In this document: positions 9,596-18,714 of the stretch, in pieces
Position numbering within the stretch: the first letter of the stretch is position 1
Layout: each line of letters opens with the position of its first letter
The notes under the pieces: generated by a model
Databases searched by the model: none
What the model was told of the DNA's origin: nothing
What the model saw: only the letters and a program-made list of their open reading frames with translations
Translations under genes and position numbers: made by a program
Assembly: GCA_963843145.1 (NCBI GenBank)
Contig: CAWJJC010000023.1
Coordinates: forward strand, 64,001-128,000
DNA from: an uncultured delta proteobacterium
Lineage (GTDB): Bacteria > Desulfobacterota > RBG-13-43-22
Length of the DNA: 64,000 nt
Direction of reading: 5' to 3'

Positions 9596-10771
9596 ATGCG
9601 GGAAGTGGTCATAGTCAGCGGTACCCGGACCCCCATCGGACGGTTCGGTGGCACACTAAAGGATGTAAGCGACATGGACATAGGCGCCTTGGTCATTCGA
9701 GAGGCCCTCAAGCGGGCCGGGATATCAGGGGAACAGGTGGATGAGGTAATCTTCGCTTCCGGGTATCGGACCGGCGATCTGCCCATCAATTCAGCTCGAG
9801 TGGTGGCTGTCAAGGGCGGGATTCCCATCGAAAAACCCCAGTTTACCATTACCAAGGCCTGCGGTGGAAGCCTGAGGGCCGTATCCCTGGCCGCCCAGAT
9901 CATCAAGAGCGGGGATGCGGATGTTATCGTGGCCGGCGGCATGGAGGTTATGAGTCGGGCGGCCTATCTGTTGAAAAATGCCCGCTGGGGATATCGTCTG
10001 GGTCATGGACAACTAATGGACCAATTAATCCTCTTTGACCCCCTGTCCGGAAATACCATGGGAGAGACCGCAGAAAACGTGGCCGTCAAATATCAGGTGA
10101 CCCGCCAGGAGCAGGATGAGCTGGCCTTGATCAGCCAGCAGCGGGCCGAAGCCGCCATCAAGGGTGGAAAATTCAAAGAAGAAATAGTTCCGGTGGAAAT
10201 CCCCCAGAAGAAAAAGCCTCCTCTGGTCTTTGATACCGACGAGCACCCCCGGTTGGGAACCACCATGGAGGCCCTGGTCAAGCTGCAGCCGGCCTTTAAG
10301 AAAGACGGTACGGTAACGGCCGGCAATTCCAGCGGGATGAACGACGGGGGTTCCGCATTGATCGTCATGGCCAGGGAAAAAGCCGAGGCCTTGGGATTAA
10401 AACCTTTAGCCACCATCGTCTCCTACGCCTCAGCCGGTGTCGAACCTTCCCTGATGGGCATCGGTCCTATCCCGGCCACTCGAATGGCCCTGGAAAAAGC
10501 CGGGTTGACTGTTAATGATCTGGATTTGATCGAGCTCAACGAGGCCTTTGCCTCTCAAGCGGTAGTCTGCATTAAGGAATTGGGTATGCATCTGGACAAG
10601 GTCAATGTGAACGGCGGGGCCATTGCCCTGGGGCATCCGATTTCCGCCTCGGGCGGGTGTTTGCTGGTTAAGCTGCTTTATGAGATGGGTCGACGAAAAG
10701 CCCGCTACGGCCTGACTACCATGTGCATCGGCGGCGGCCAGGGAATTGCCCTGATTGTTGAACGAAAGTAA
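9596..10771 (+). CDS. Acetyl-CoA C-acetyltransferase (thiolase)
   Basis: RTPIG, TKACGGS (nucleophilic Cys), NEAFA, NGGAIALGHP, CIGGGQG; AGGAGG RBS. Confidence 0.95.
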   Translation: MREVVIVSGTRTPIGRFGGTLKDVSDMDIGALVIREALKRAGISGEQVDEVIFASGYRTGDLPINSARVVAVKGGIPIEKPQFTITKACGGSLRAVSLAAQIIKSGDADVIVAGGMEVMSRAAYLLKNARWGYRLGHGQLMDQLILFDPLSGNTMGETAENVAVKYQVTRQEQDELALISQQRAEAAIKGGKFKEEIVPVEIPQKKKPPLVFDTDEHPRLGTTMEALVKLQPAFKKDGTVTAGNSSGMNDGGSALIVMAREKAEALGLKPLATIVSYASAGVEPSLMGIGPIPATRMALEKAGLTVNDLDLIELNEAFASQAVVCIKELGMHLDKVNVNGGAIALGHPISASGGCLLVKLLYEMGRRKARYGLTTMCIGGGQGIALIVERK

Positions 10772-10827
10772 GACCTCCAATCGTTTTCGTGTTTTGAACT
10801 TCGGATCTATAATGTAAGAATCAACTC

Positions 10828-11982
10828 ATGTTTCTTCATCTCAGCCCGGAACAGCGGGCGCTTCAAAAACAGGTTCAGGCCTTGGTGGCGGAACGGATCG
10901 CCCCGCGGGCGGCGGAAATCGATGCCCGGGACGAGTTCCCTCAGGAAAGCTACCTGGCCTTCAAGGAGACCGGCCTGCTCAAGCTGTCCCTTCCCAGGGA
11001 GTACGGCGGGATAGGGGCGGATGCCACCACCCTCTGCCTGGTGATTGAGGAGATCTCCAAGGCCTCCCCGGCCTCGGCCTTGTTGGTCTTTCCCACCCAG
11101 GCCGTGATCCGAACCATCCGGGAAGTGGGCACGGAGGAACAAAAGCAACGTTTCTTTTCCGCTATGTCGGCCGGGGACAAACTGGCCGCCTTCTGTCTGA
11201 CCGAGCCCAGCTACGGCTCTGATGCCGGGTCCCTGCAAACCCGGGCGAACCTGGAAGGTGATCACTATCTGGTGAACGGATCCAAAACCTATATCACCCA
11301 AGGCCCACACGCTCATTTCTACCTGGTTTTTGTCCGAACCGGGCCCGGGAAACGGACGGCCGGCATCAGCGGGCTTATTATCCCGCGTGATACCCCGGGA
11401 TTATCCTTCGGAAGAAAAGAGCGCAAAATGGGGCTGGGGGGATCGGTCACTGCCGAGATGATCTTTAAGGATGTCCGGGTGCCCAAAGATAATCTGCTCC
11501 TCTCCGAGGGGCAGGGATGGACTATTCTTTCGCGGCACTCCAACCCCATGAGGGTCTGGGGGGCCGCCTCCATGGCCCTGGGAATCGCCGAAGGAGCTTA
11601 CGAGGCCGCTCTGGAATTTGCCAAAAGAAGGGTCCAATTCAAACGAAAAATAGCGGCCTTCCAAAGTATCCGCTTCATGCTGGCCGACATGATAATGTCC
11701 ATCGAGGCTACCAAATCTATGATTTACCGGACCGCCGGTTTGATCGACGCCGGGGAGGGCACCTTTCGGGATATTGAAACCCTGGTATCCATGTCCAAGT
11801 GTTATGCTTCCGACATGGCTATGAAGGTAACCATCGATGCCGTTCAAATCTTCGGCGGGGCCGGGGTTCTCAAGGGCTGCCCGGTGGAGCGAATGATGCG
11901 GGACGCCAAAGCGATTCAAATTTTCGATGGCAGCAACCAGATTCAACGGATGATCGTTTCGAAAAATATTATTTTAGATTAA
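10828..11982 (+). CDS. Acyl-CoA dehydrogenase
   Basis: FCLTEPSYGSDA, NGSKTYIT, ERKMGL, RVQF, QIFGGAG, MRDAKAIQIFDGSNQIQR. Confidence 0.92.
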   Translation: MFLHLSPEQRALQKQVQALVAERIAPRAAEIDARDEFPQESYLAFKETGLLKLSLPREYGGIGADATTLCLVIEEISKASPASALLVFPTQAVIRTIREVGTEEQKQRFFSAMSAGDKLAAFCLTEPSYGSDAGSLQTRANLEGDHYLVNGSKTYITQGPHAHFYLVFVRTGPGKRTAGISGLIIPRDTPGLSFGRKERKMGLGGSVTAEMIFKDVRVPKDNLLLSEGQGWTILSRHSNPMRVWGAASMALGIAEGAYEAALEFAKRRVQFKRKIAAFQSIRFMLADMIMSIEATKSMIYRTAGLIDAGEGTFRDIETLVSMSKCYASDMAMKVTIDAVQIFGGAGVLKGCPVERMMRDAKAIQIFDGSNQIQRMIVSKNIILD

Positions 11983-11993
11983 GGAGAATTATT

Positions 11994-13157
11994 ATGGATT
12001 TTGAATTATCGGAAGAATTGCAAGCGGTACGGGAGATGGCCCGCGATTTTGGAGCCGAAAAGATCGCCCCCTTTGCCGACAAGTGGGATATGGACCATTA
12101 TTTTCCCTATCAGGAAGTCATCAAGCCCATGGGCGAACTGGGATTTTTCGGGACGGTGATCCCTGAAGAATACGGTGGGAACAATATGGGCTGGCTGGCG
12201 GCCATGATCCTGACCGAGGAGCTCGCCCGAGCCTCTAGTTCTCTGCGGGTTCAGATCAATATGCTGGCCCTGGGCTGCGCCTTCACTATATTTCGCTACG
12301 GATCCGAGGGCTTAAAGGAAAAATATATCTCCAAGCTGGTCAACGCCGAATACCTGGGCGGTTTTGGCATCACCGAACCCAACGCCGGTTCGGATGTCAT
12401 GTCCCTGAAATCCACGGCCGAGGACAAAGGGGATCATTGGTTGATCAACGGTTCCAAGACCTGGATCTCCAATGCCAGTATCGCCGACGTACTCATTTAT
12501 TACGCTTACACCGATCGCTCGGCCGGCGGCCGGGGCCTGTCGGCCTTTGTCATCGAGCCGCGGAATTTCAACGGGATTTCCACCACCGATCTGGACAAGC
12601 TAGGTTCCCGCTCGTCCCCCACCGGGGAGCTTTACCTGGAGGATACCCGCGTTCCCAAGGAAAATATCCTGGGCAAACCCGGAGACGGGGCCAAGATCGT
12701 TTTTGGTTCCCTCAATCAGACCCGGCTCTCGGCGGCCGCCGGCGGCGTGGGACTGGCCCAGGCCTGTCTGGACAGCGTGACCAAGTACTGCAACGAGCGC
12801 GAACAGTTCGGCAAACCCATCGGTCAGTTCCAGATGAACCAGGACATGGTGGCCCAGATGACCGTGGAGATTGAAGCCGCTCGGTTGCTGGTTTATAAAG
12901 CCGCCTGGCAGAAAGATCAGGGCAACCTGAACAACAATTTAGAAGTGGCCATGGCCAAATACTTCGCCGGCGAGGTGGTCAACAAGGCCTCCAATTTCGC
13001 CCTGCGGATTTTAGGGGCTTACGGCTATTCCACCGAATACCCGGTGGCCCGGTATTACCGGGATGCCCCCACCTATTTCATGGTGGAAGGCTCGGCCAAT
13101 ATCTGCAAATGGATCGTGGCCCTGGATCAGTTGGGCATCCGGAAAGCGAACAAGTAG
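11994..13157 (+). CDS. acd: Glutaryl-CoA dehydrogenase, non-decarboxylating (glutaconyl-CoA forming)
   Basis: Start at MDFELS after AAGGAG. Closely resembles, from memory, the Desulfococcus multivorans enzyme (MGELGFFGTVIPEEYGG, YYAYTD, RDAPTYFMVEGSANICK), with Val before the catalytic Glu. Adjacent to gcdA. Confidence 0.9.
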   Translation: MDFELSEELQAVREMARDFGAEKIAPFADKWDMDHYFPYQEVIKPMGELGFFGTVIPEEYGGNNMGWLAAMILTEELARASSSLRVQINMLALGCAFTIFRYGSEGLKEKYISKLVNAEYLGGFGITEPNAGSDVMSLKSTAEDKGDHWLINGSKTWISNASIADVLIYYAYTDRSAGGRGLSAFVIEPRNFNGISTTDLDKLGSRSSPTGELYLEDTRVPKENILGKPGDGAKIVFGSLNQTRLSAAAGGVGLAQACLDSVTKYCNEREQFGKPIGQFQMNQDMVAQMTVEIEAARLLVYKAAWQKDQGNLNNNLEVAMAKYFAGEVVNKASNFALRILGAYGYSTEYPVARYYRDAPTYFMVEGSANICKWIVALDQLGIRKANK

Positions 13158-13194
13158 GGGCAGCATGCCTCGCCGAAAAGCAGCTAACGATAGT

Positions 13195-13291
13195 TGGGAA
13201 TGATGGAATATTGGGATGGTGGAATAAAGGCAGTCTGAAAATAGCCTTTCTCCATCCCATTGTTCCACTATTCCATCATTCCATTATTCCC
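13195..13291. repeat. Inverted arrays of degenerate 8-mers (GGAATRRT / AYYATTCC) able to form a long hairpin
   Basis: GGAATGAT GGAATATT GGGATGGT GGAATAAAGGC ... GCCTTT..ATTGTTCC ACTATTCC ATCATTCC ATTATTCCC, between acd and gcdA. Confidence 0.75.
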
Positions 13292-13325
13292 GAACGTATT
13301 TCAGACCTGAGGAGGTTTTTTAACG

Positions 13326-15101
13326 ATGCACCCTTATTTTAAGAAAATGGACGACTTGGGCAAGCCTTTAAAGCCCGCTCAGTTCGACAAGATGGCGGAA
13401 AACCGGGCCCAGATCGATGCGGTCCTGATGGAAGTGGCGGCCGAGGTCGAGCGGGTCAAAAACGCGGGTTTACCGGCCGAAAAAATCCATAAACGAGGGG
13501 AGATGACTGTTTGGGATCGGATCGAGTATCTGATCGATCCCGGGACCTTCTGTCCCTTGCATACCCTTTACAATCCCCGGGACAATGAAGAAGGGATGAC
13601 CGGGGTAATCGACGGCCTGGCCCGGATCAGGGGCAAGTGGTGCGTCCTGATCGGGTTCGACAACAAGGTGATGGCCGGGGCCTGGATCGCCGGGCAGGCG
13701 GAAAACCAGCTTCGGGTGACCGATCTGGCCAAACGGCTCCGAATCCCTCTGGTTTGGCTGGTCAACTGTTCCGGGGTCAAGCTCCCTGAGCAGCAGGAAG
13801 TATATGCCGACCGGCGCGGCAACGGGACCACCTTCTTCCGCCATGCCGAACTGGAACAAATGGGCATCCCCATCCTGGCCGGGATCTACGGCACCAACCC
13901 GGCCGGCGGCGGATACCAGGGAATCAGCCCGACCATTCTGCTGGCGCACAAAAACGCCAACATCGCTGTCGGGGGAGGCGGGATCGTCAGCGGCATGACC
14001 CCTAAAGGGTCCTTTGATGAAGAAGGGGCCGAACAGATTATTGAGGCCACCCGTCATTTCAAACAAGTTCCGCCGGGCAGCGTGGGGGTCCACTTCGACC
14101 AAACCGGCTTTTTCCGGGAGGTCTATGAAAATGAAACCGAAGTCCTGGAGGCCCTCAAGGGATACATGGCCGAGATGCCGGCCTATCATCCCCGGTTTTT
14201 TCGGGTGGCCGAACCGGCCGAACCCAAGTTCCCTTTGTCCGATCTGCCTTCCCTGATTGCCTTCAACCAGAAAGCGGTTTACGATTTCGACAATTTCTTG
14301 GCCCGGCTGGTCGACAACAGCGAGCACCTGGAATTCCGCCCCGGGTTCGGCCCGGAGGTCTATACCGGCTTGGTGAAGATCGACGGTTTCCTGATGGGGG
14401 TGATCGGCAACCGGCAGGGATTTCTCGGTCCCCAGTATCCGGAATACACCAACGAATACATGGGGGTCGGCGGCAAGCTTTACCGCCAGGGTTTAATCAA
14501 GATGAACGAATTCGTCACCCAGTGCGGCCGGGACCGAGTGCCGGTTATTTGGTTTCAGGATACCTCGGGAATTGACGTGGGCGATATCGCCGAAAAGGCA
14601 GAACTCCTGGGGTTGGGCCAGTCGTTGATCTACTCCATCGAGCAGACGGATGTGCCTATGATGCTGGTGGCCCTGCGCAAAGGCACGGCGGCGGCCCATT
14701 ACATCATGGGTGGGCCGACGGCCAACAACCACAACGCCTTCACCCTGGGCACGGCCACCACCGAAATCTACGTCATGCACGGGGAAACCGCCGCGGTGGC
14801 TTCCTTCGCCCGCCGGCTGGTGAAAGAAAAGGACGCCGGCCGCCCCCTCCAGCCGACCATCGACAAGATGAACGAACTGGCGCAACAGTACTATAACAAT
14901 TCCCGTCCGGTCTACTGCGCCAAACGGGGTTTCGTGGACGAGATCGTCCGCTACGAAGACCTACGGAAGTACCTGGTGGCCTTCACCGATTCCGCCTACC
15001 AGAATCCAAAATCGATTTGCCCCCAGCACCACCTGATGCTGCCTCGCTTGATCCGGGCGCAGATCGTCAAAGGTTTGGACCGGCCGAAAAAGGAAAGCTA
15101 A
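13326..15101 (+). CDS. gcdA: Glutaconyl-CoA decarboxylase carboxyltransferase (alpha) subunit
   Basis: Carboxyltransferase motifs LVNCSGVKL, GTNPAGGGY, QDTSGIDVG..AE..ELLGLGQSLIYSI and ICPQHHLMLPR. Follows acd. Confidence 0.92.
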   Translation: MHPYFKKMDDLGKPLKPAQFDKMAENRAQIDAVLMEVAAEVERVKNAGLPAEKIHKRGEMTVWDRIEYLIDPGTFCPLHTLYNPRDNEEGMTGVIDGLARIRGKWCVLIGFDNKVMAGAWIAGQAENQLRVTDLAKRLRIPLVWLVNCSGVKLPEQQEVYADRRGNGTTFFRHAELEQMGIPILAGIYGTNPAGGGYQGISPTILLAHKNANIAVGGGGIVSGMTPKGSFDEEGAEQIIEATRHFKQVPPGSVGVHFDQTGFFREVYENETEVLEALKGYMAEMPAYHPRFFRVAEPAEPKFPLSDLPSLIAFNQKAVYDFDNFLARLVDNSEHLEFRPGFGPEVYTGLVKIDGFLMGVIGNRQGFLGPQYPEYTNEYMGVGGKLYRQGLIKMNEFVTQCGRDRVPVIWFQDTSGIDVGDIAEKAELLGLGQSLIYSIEQTDVPMMLVALRKGTAAAHYIMGGPTANNHNAFTLGTATTEIYVMHGETAAVASFARRLVKEKDAGRPLQPTIDKMNELAQQYYNNSRPVYCAKRGFVDEIVRYEDLRKYLVAFTDSAYQNPKSICPQHHLMLPRLIRAQIVKGLDRPKKES

Positions 15102-15147
15102 GAAGGGATTCGATCCCTTCCGAAAATTATCCGAATTAGAGCTCGAC

Positions 15148-15186
15148 AAGGTCCAGGCGATTCATCTTGCCTGGACCTTGTATTTT
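15148..15186 (+). terminator. Putative intrinsic terminator after gcdA
   Basis: AAGGTCCAGGC-loop-GCCTGGACCTT followed by GTATTTT. Confidence 0.55.
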
Positions 15187-15370
15187 AAAGCTCCGAAATT
15201 GGAGAGTGTGGGTGCAGTCGCACCCCAAAAAAGATCGCCGGGAGTGGTTTTTTAGTTTAGGAAAATCCGCCCTTCTGCCGATAAGTTAGGCATTCCGCAG
15301 TCTGTCTTATTCAAACTTCAATCCTTATTCTTTCCACAGAACCCATCCCTCAGGGGGGGTTGGGGCGGAG

Positions 15371-16279
15371 GTGCAAAAAATGAAACATCGGCTGGTCTTC
15401 GGTGGTTTAACCGCCACAATTATCCTAGTTTTGGGGATGGTTCACCCGGTTTGGCCGGATAATAAACTGTTTTTACCCTTGGTTATTACATCAGCCAATC
15501 CCCAGCCGACTACGGCCATTATCGTAGACCACACCAGCACCGATTTGAGTAAGATCCCGGCCCAGTGGATTACCCAGGCCAAAACGATGTTGCGGGCCAG
15601 TTACGGCCATACCTCCCATGGCAGCCAGTTGATTACCGGGATGCAGGCCATTGAGAGTAATAGTTCTCTAAACGTGAATCATCTTTTTGATTTCAATACC
15701 AGCGGGACCGCAGAAACGGGGGTTCAGTCTATAAAAGATTCCACCCCATCCGGGGACCTGGGAAACCCGGATCGAACCTCCTGGGCCAGCCGGACGCAGG
15801 ATTACTTGAAGAGCACCGCGGGTCAGAACCGCAATCTGGTGGTCTGGTCCTGGTGCGGACAGGCGGATACCTCCAACCCGGCCGATATAGACACCTATTT
15901 GAATTTGATGAACCAGTTGGAGAATGAATTTCCGAATGTCCGTTTTGTCTACATGACCGGCCATTTGGTGGGAAGCGGTCCTAGCGGCGACCTATATCAA
16001 CGCAACGATCAAATCCGGAATTATGTCCGGACCCACAACAAAATCCTCTTCGATTTTGCCGACATCGAAAGCTACGCCCCGGACGGGACCTATTATCCTA
16101 ATGAAAGCGACGGCTGCAACTGGTGTTCCGCCTGGTGCAGCGCCCACCCGGCCGACTGCACCAACCTGCCTCCCCTCGGGTCCTGCGCCCATTCTCACGA
16201 GTTCAACTGCTACCGCAAGGGAATCGCCTTCTGGTGGCTTCTGGCCCGTCTGGCCGGTTGGGATGGGGCAACTCAGTAA
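15371..16279 (+). CDS. Secreted hypothetical protein, possibly SGNH-like hydrolase
   Basis: Signal peptide followed by LFLPLVI; motif-like blocks YGHTSHGSQ, WSWCGQ, YMTGH, FDFADIES, CAHSH and WWLLARLAGW. Confidence 0.7.
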   Translation: MQKMKHRLVFGGLTATIILVLGMVHPVWPDNKLFLPLVITSANPQPTTAIIVDHTSTDLSKIPAQWITQAKTMLRASYGHTSHGSQLITGMQAIESNSSLNVNHLFDFNTSGTAETGVQSIKDSTPSGDLGNPDRTSWASRTQDYLKSTAGQNRNLVVWSWCGQADTSNPADIDTYLNLMNQLENEFPNVRFVYMTGHLVGSGPSGDLYQRNDQIRNYVRTHNKILFDFADIESYAPDGTYYPNESDGCNWCSAWCSAHPADCTNLPPLGSCAHSHEFNCYRKGIAFWWLLARLAGWDGATQ

Positions 16280-16290
16280 TTATTCATCCC

Positions 16291-18388
16291 CTATCGCCTC
16301 TTCGCTGCCGTCGGCCTATTTACGGGGCCCCCCTCCGAGGGCGATAATTTGATGACCACCGGATCCCCGGTGGTGGTGGAGATAGCCACGTCATCCACGA
16401 AAAAATTACTGGTATACCCTTCATCGGTTACCACCTTGAAGGTCAGATCCAGCGTCTGTCCCCGGTACCCCGATAAATTGACCGTGTCCTGCACCCACCC
16501 GTTGGTGTTGTTATTGGCGCATAAATCATATCCTTTAAGGTTCTGCGTCCCCAGGAAGACTCCGGCGGTATCATAACCGCAGAGATCATTCGAACCGATC
16601 CAGTACCAAAAACTGAGGGTCTGCGCAGTATCGGGGACCTTGATCTTTTGGGATAAAACGGAAATCTCGAAATCGGCCCCTCCCAGCCAGGCCGCCCAAG
16701 TCCCGCTATGGGGTGTGATCTGCAGTCCTTCGACCGGAGTCATAACCAGCATGTACCCGTTGCTGGAGGACTCCTGCCAGGTGCCGTCACGCCCGGACTC
16801 AAAATCACCGTTTCGAAGGGCGGCGGAAGACGTCGGTTTCCACCGGATTATTAACAACCAGGGGGAAATAGATCCACTGGGAGGCCGTGAAGGGCGGGGA
16901 GTAAATCACATAATTGGCCGAATAACCGATATTGGAAGTGCCCCGGGTGATCCGCATATAGCCGCTTTCTCCCCAGGAGGCCCCCCAGGAGTTTCTCATA
17001 ATCCAAGTGTTTTCAATATCGTTCCAGCCGACCAGCACCACGGCGTGATTGACCCCGCCACCGCAATAATTTCTTTCGTCGGTACTAAAAACGCCTCCCC
17101 GGTAGCCCTGCATCTTCGGGCCGGAACAGACCGCTACGGCCACCGGCCCATAACTGTAGATGGCATTTTTGATCGCTTCCGCGGTCGGGATGCTGGAATC
17201 ATTGCCCACGTAACTCCAGTTAATCAGCCGGTAAGGGTGGCTGAACACCCGGTTACAGGATTGGGTGGCGCCCACGTAGGGAAAATCCGCTTCCAAAACG
17301 GCCCCGGGCTGGGTCTGGTTGATGGCGGTTTGATTGTAATGGTATTCATGGGCCCACCAGCCGCCGTTGCAACTATACCCGTCGGTGTTACAGGAAAGCA
17401 GGAATTCCTCCGAGAGGTCCGTGGTCAAGCTGCTTTTCCATTTCAGATTGGCTTCAAAGGGACCGACCGTGCCGAAGGCCCAGCAACTCCCGCAATTTCC
17501 CTGGTCCCGGACCGGGGTGAGTATCCCGGAATCCCTCCAGTCAAAGGAGGCAGGGAGTCCTAGTGTCGGCGTGCCGGATAGCGGGGCTTTCCGGTCAGCG
17601 GAGAAACGGGGTTGATCGATAGGCGGTTCTGGATTGCTCAAATCGGAAATCAGGGAGATCTCAGCCGCCTGGAGGGTGATTTCCATCTGGGGGGCCTGGG
17701 ATTCGATCCAGGGGCGACGATAGAGGAGCCGAACGGCGGTTTCCCCCTCCGTCACCCCTTCCAGAGAAATAATTTGTCGGGCGGAACCCCCCAACCTACT
17801 TCCCGAAGATTGAAATTGCACCGCTTCCCCCGGTTTCAATTTCAGCGCCTCCAGGGTTTGAATTTCCCAGACATAGCCGCTGGCCAGATTGGATTCCAGG
17901 ATTAAGGCCAGAGGTTCACCGGACTTGACGCTTCCCCTCAATTCCAGCAGGGACGGGCCATCAGTAAACGGCAGGGTTGGATCAGTAGCCAGGAACAAGG
18001 CCTTCCGAAACTGCCCCCACCCCTCAGTTCCCTGAAGCTGGATCTCATAGGTCAGACGGCCTTCCGGGCCGACCTGTTTCCGGAGGTTAGGGGTAACCCT
18101 CTGGGCCTTGAGTTTCCCCAGGAGTTGATCGGCTAAGAGCCGATCGATCTTAGCTTCCCGATCCCTCACTTCCGGGCTGAAAGCAATTTGGACCTCCGCT
18201 TCCCAATGCTGATCGGACAAAAAGCGGGCCGCGGTTTGGCTGTGAGCCGGAGAACCGGAAACCATCCCAAAAAAAGTTAAAATCAGAATGGTAATCCTCA
18301 CCAATAAGGGAGCGAAGATAGGATTAGATATGGACACGCTGAAGCACTCCTTCCATTGTGGCCCGATACTATTAGTGGTACTGCGCAC
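16291..18388 (-). CDS. Secreted C1A (papain-family) cysteine peptidase with chagasin/I42-like domain and C-terminal beta-sandwich domain; one frameshift near 16835-16850
   Basis: LESNLASGYVW..YRRPW (I42-like); QGNCGSCWAF, NHAV, RNSWG. ORF 16291..16857 continues as LRNGDFE..HSGTWAAWLGG..FFVDDV, a region that is contiguous in the paralogue. Confidence 0.88.
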
Positions 18389-18714
18389 TTTTGGATAGGT
18401 AGTTCTCCAAAAGGAAAAATCGCCTTATTTTATCAGGATAGTTTAATAATCATAATCGCCACCGTCAAGAGGGAAGTCCCCTGGCCATTCCCCGAGGAGA
18501 TCTAAAGGAAGTCCAAAAAATTCCGATTTACCCCGTGGCCTGTCAATAACTCCGGAAAGGTCTTGATGAAGGACCTGCAGGAAATCCGGCTTTCCGTCGG
18601 ATAGCCCTGCAGGCGTGGGGTGGGCAAGTGATAAATTTTCCAACAAAATCGTTTGTGCGATCGGGGGCTTTAATGGGCCGGAGTGAGCTGATCCTCAATG
18701 GGGATTTAGAAGTT

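Noticed and set aside
9421-9942. N-terminal extension of the 482-aa CoA-transferase ORF
   Set aside because: It overlaps the divergent thiolase and its promoter; family similarity begins at Met 9420.
11799-11993. N-terminal extension of glutaryl-CoA dehydrogenase
   Set aside because: It overlaps the upstream ACAD; the RBS and family similarity point to ATG 11994.
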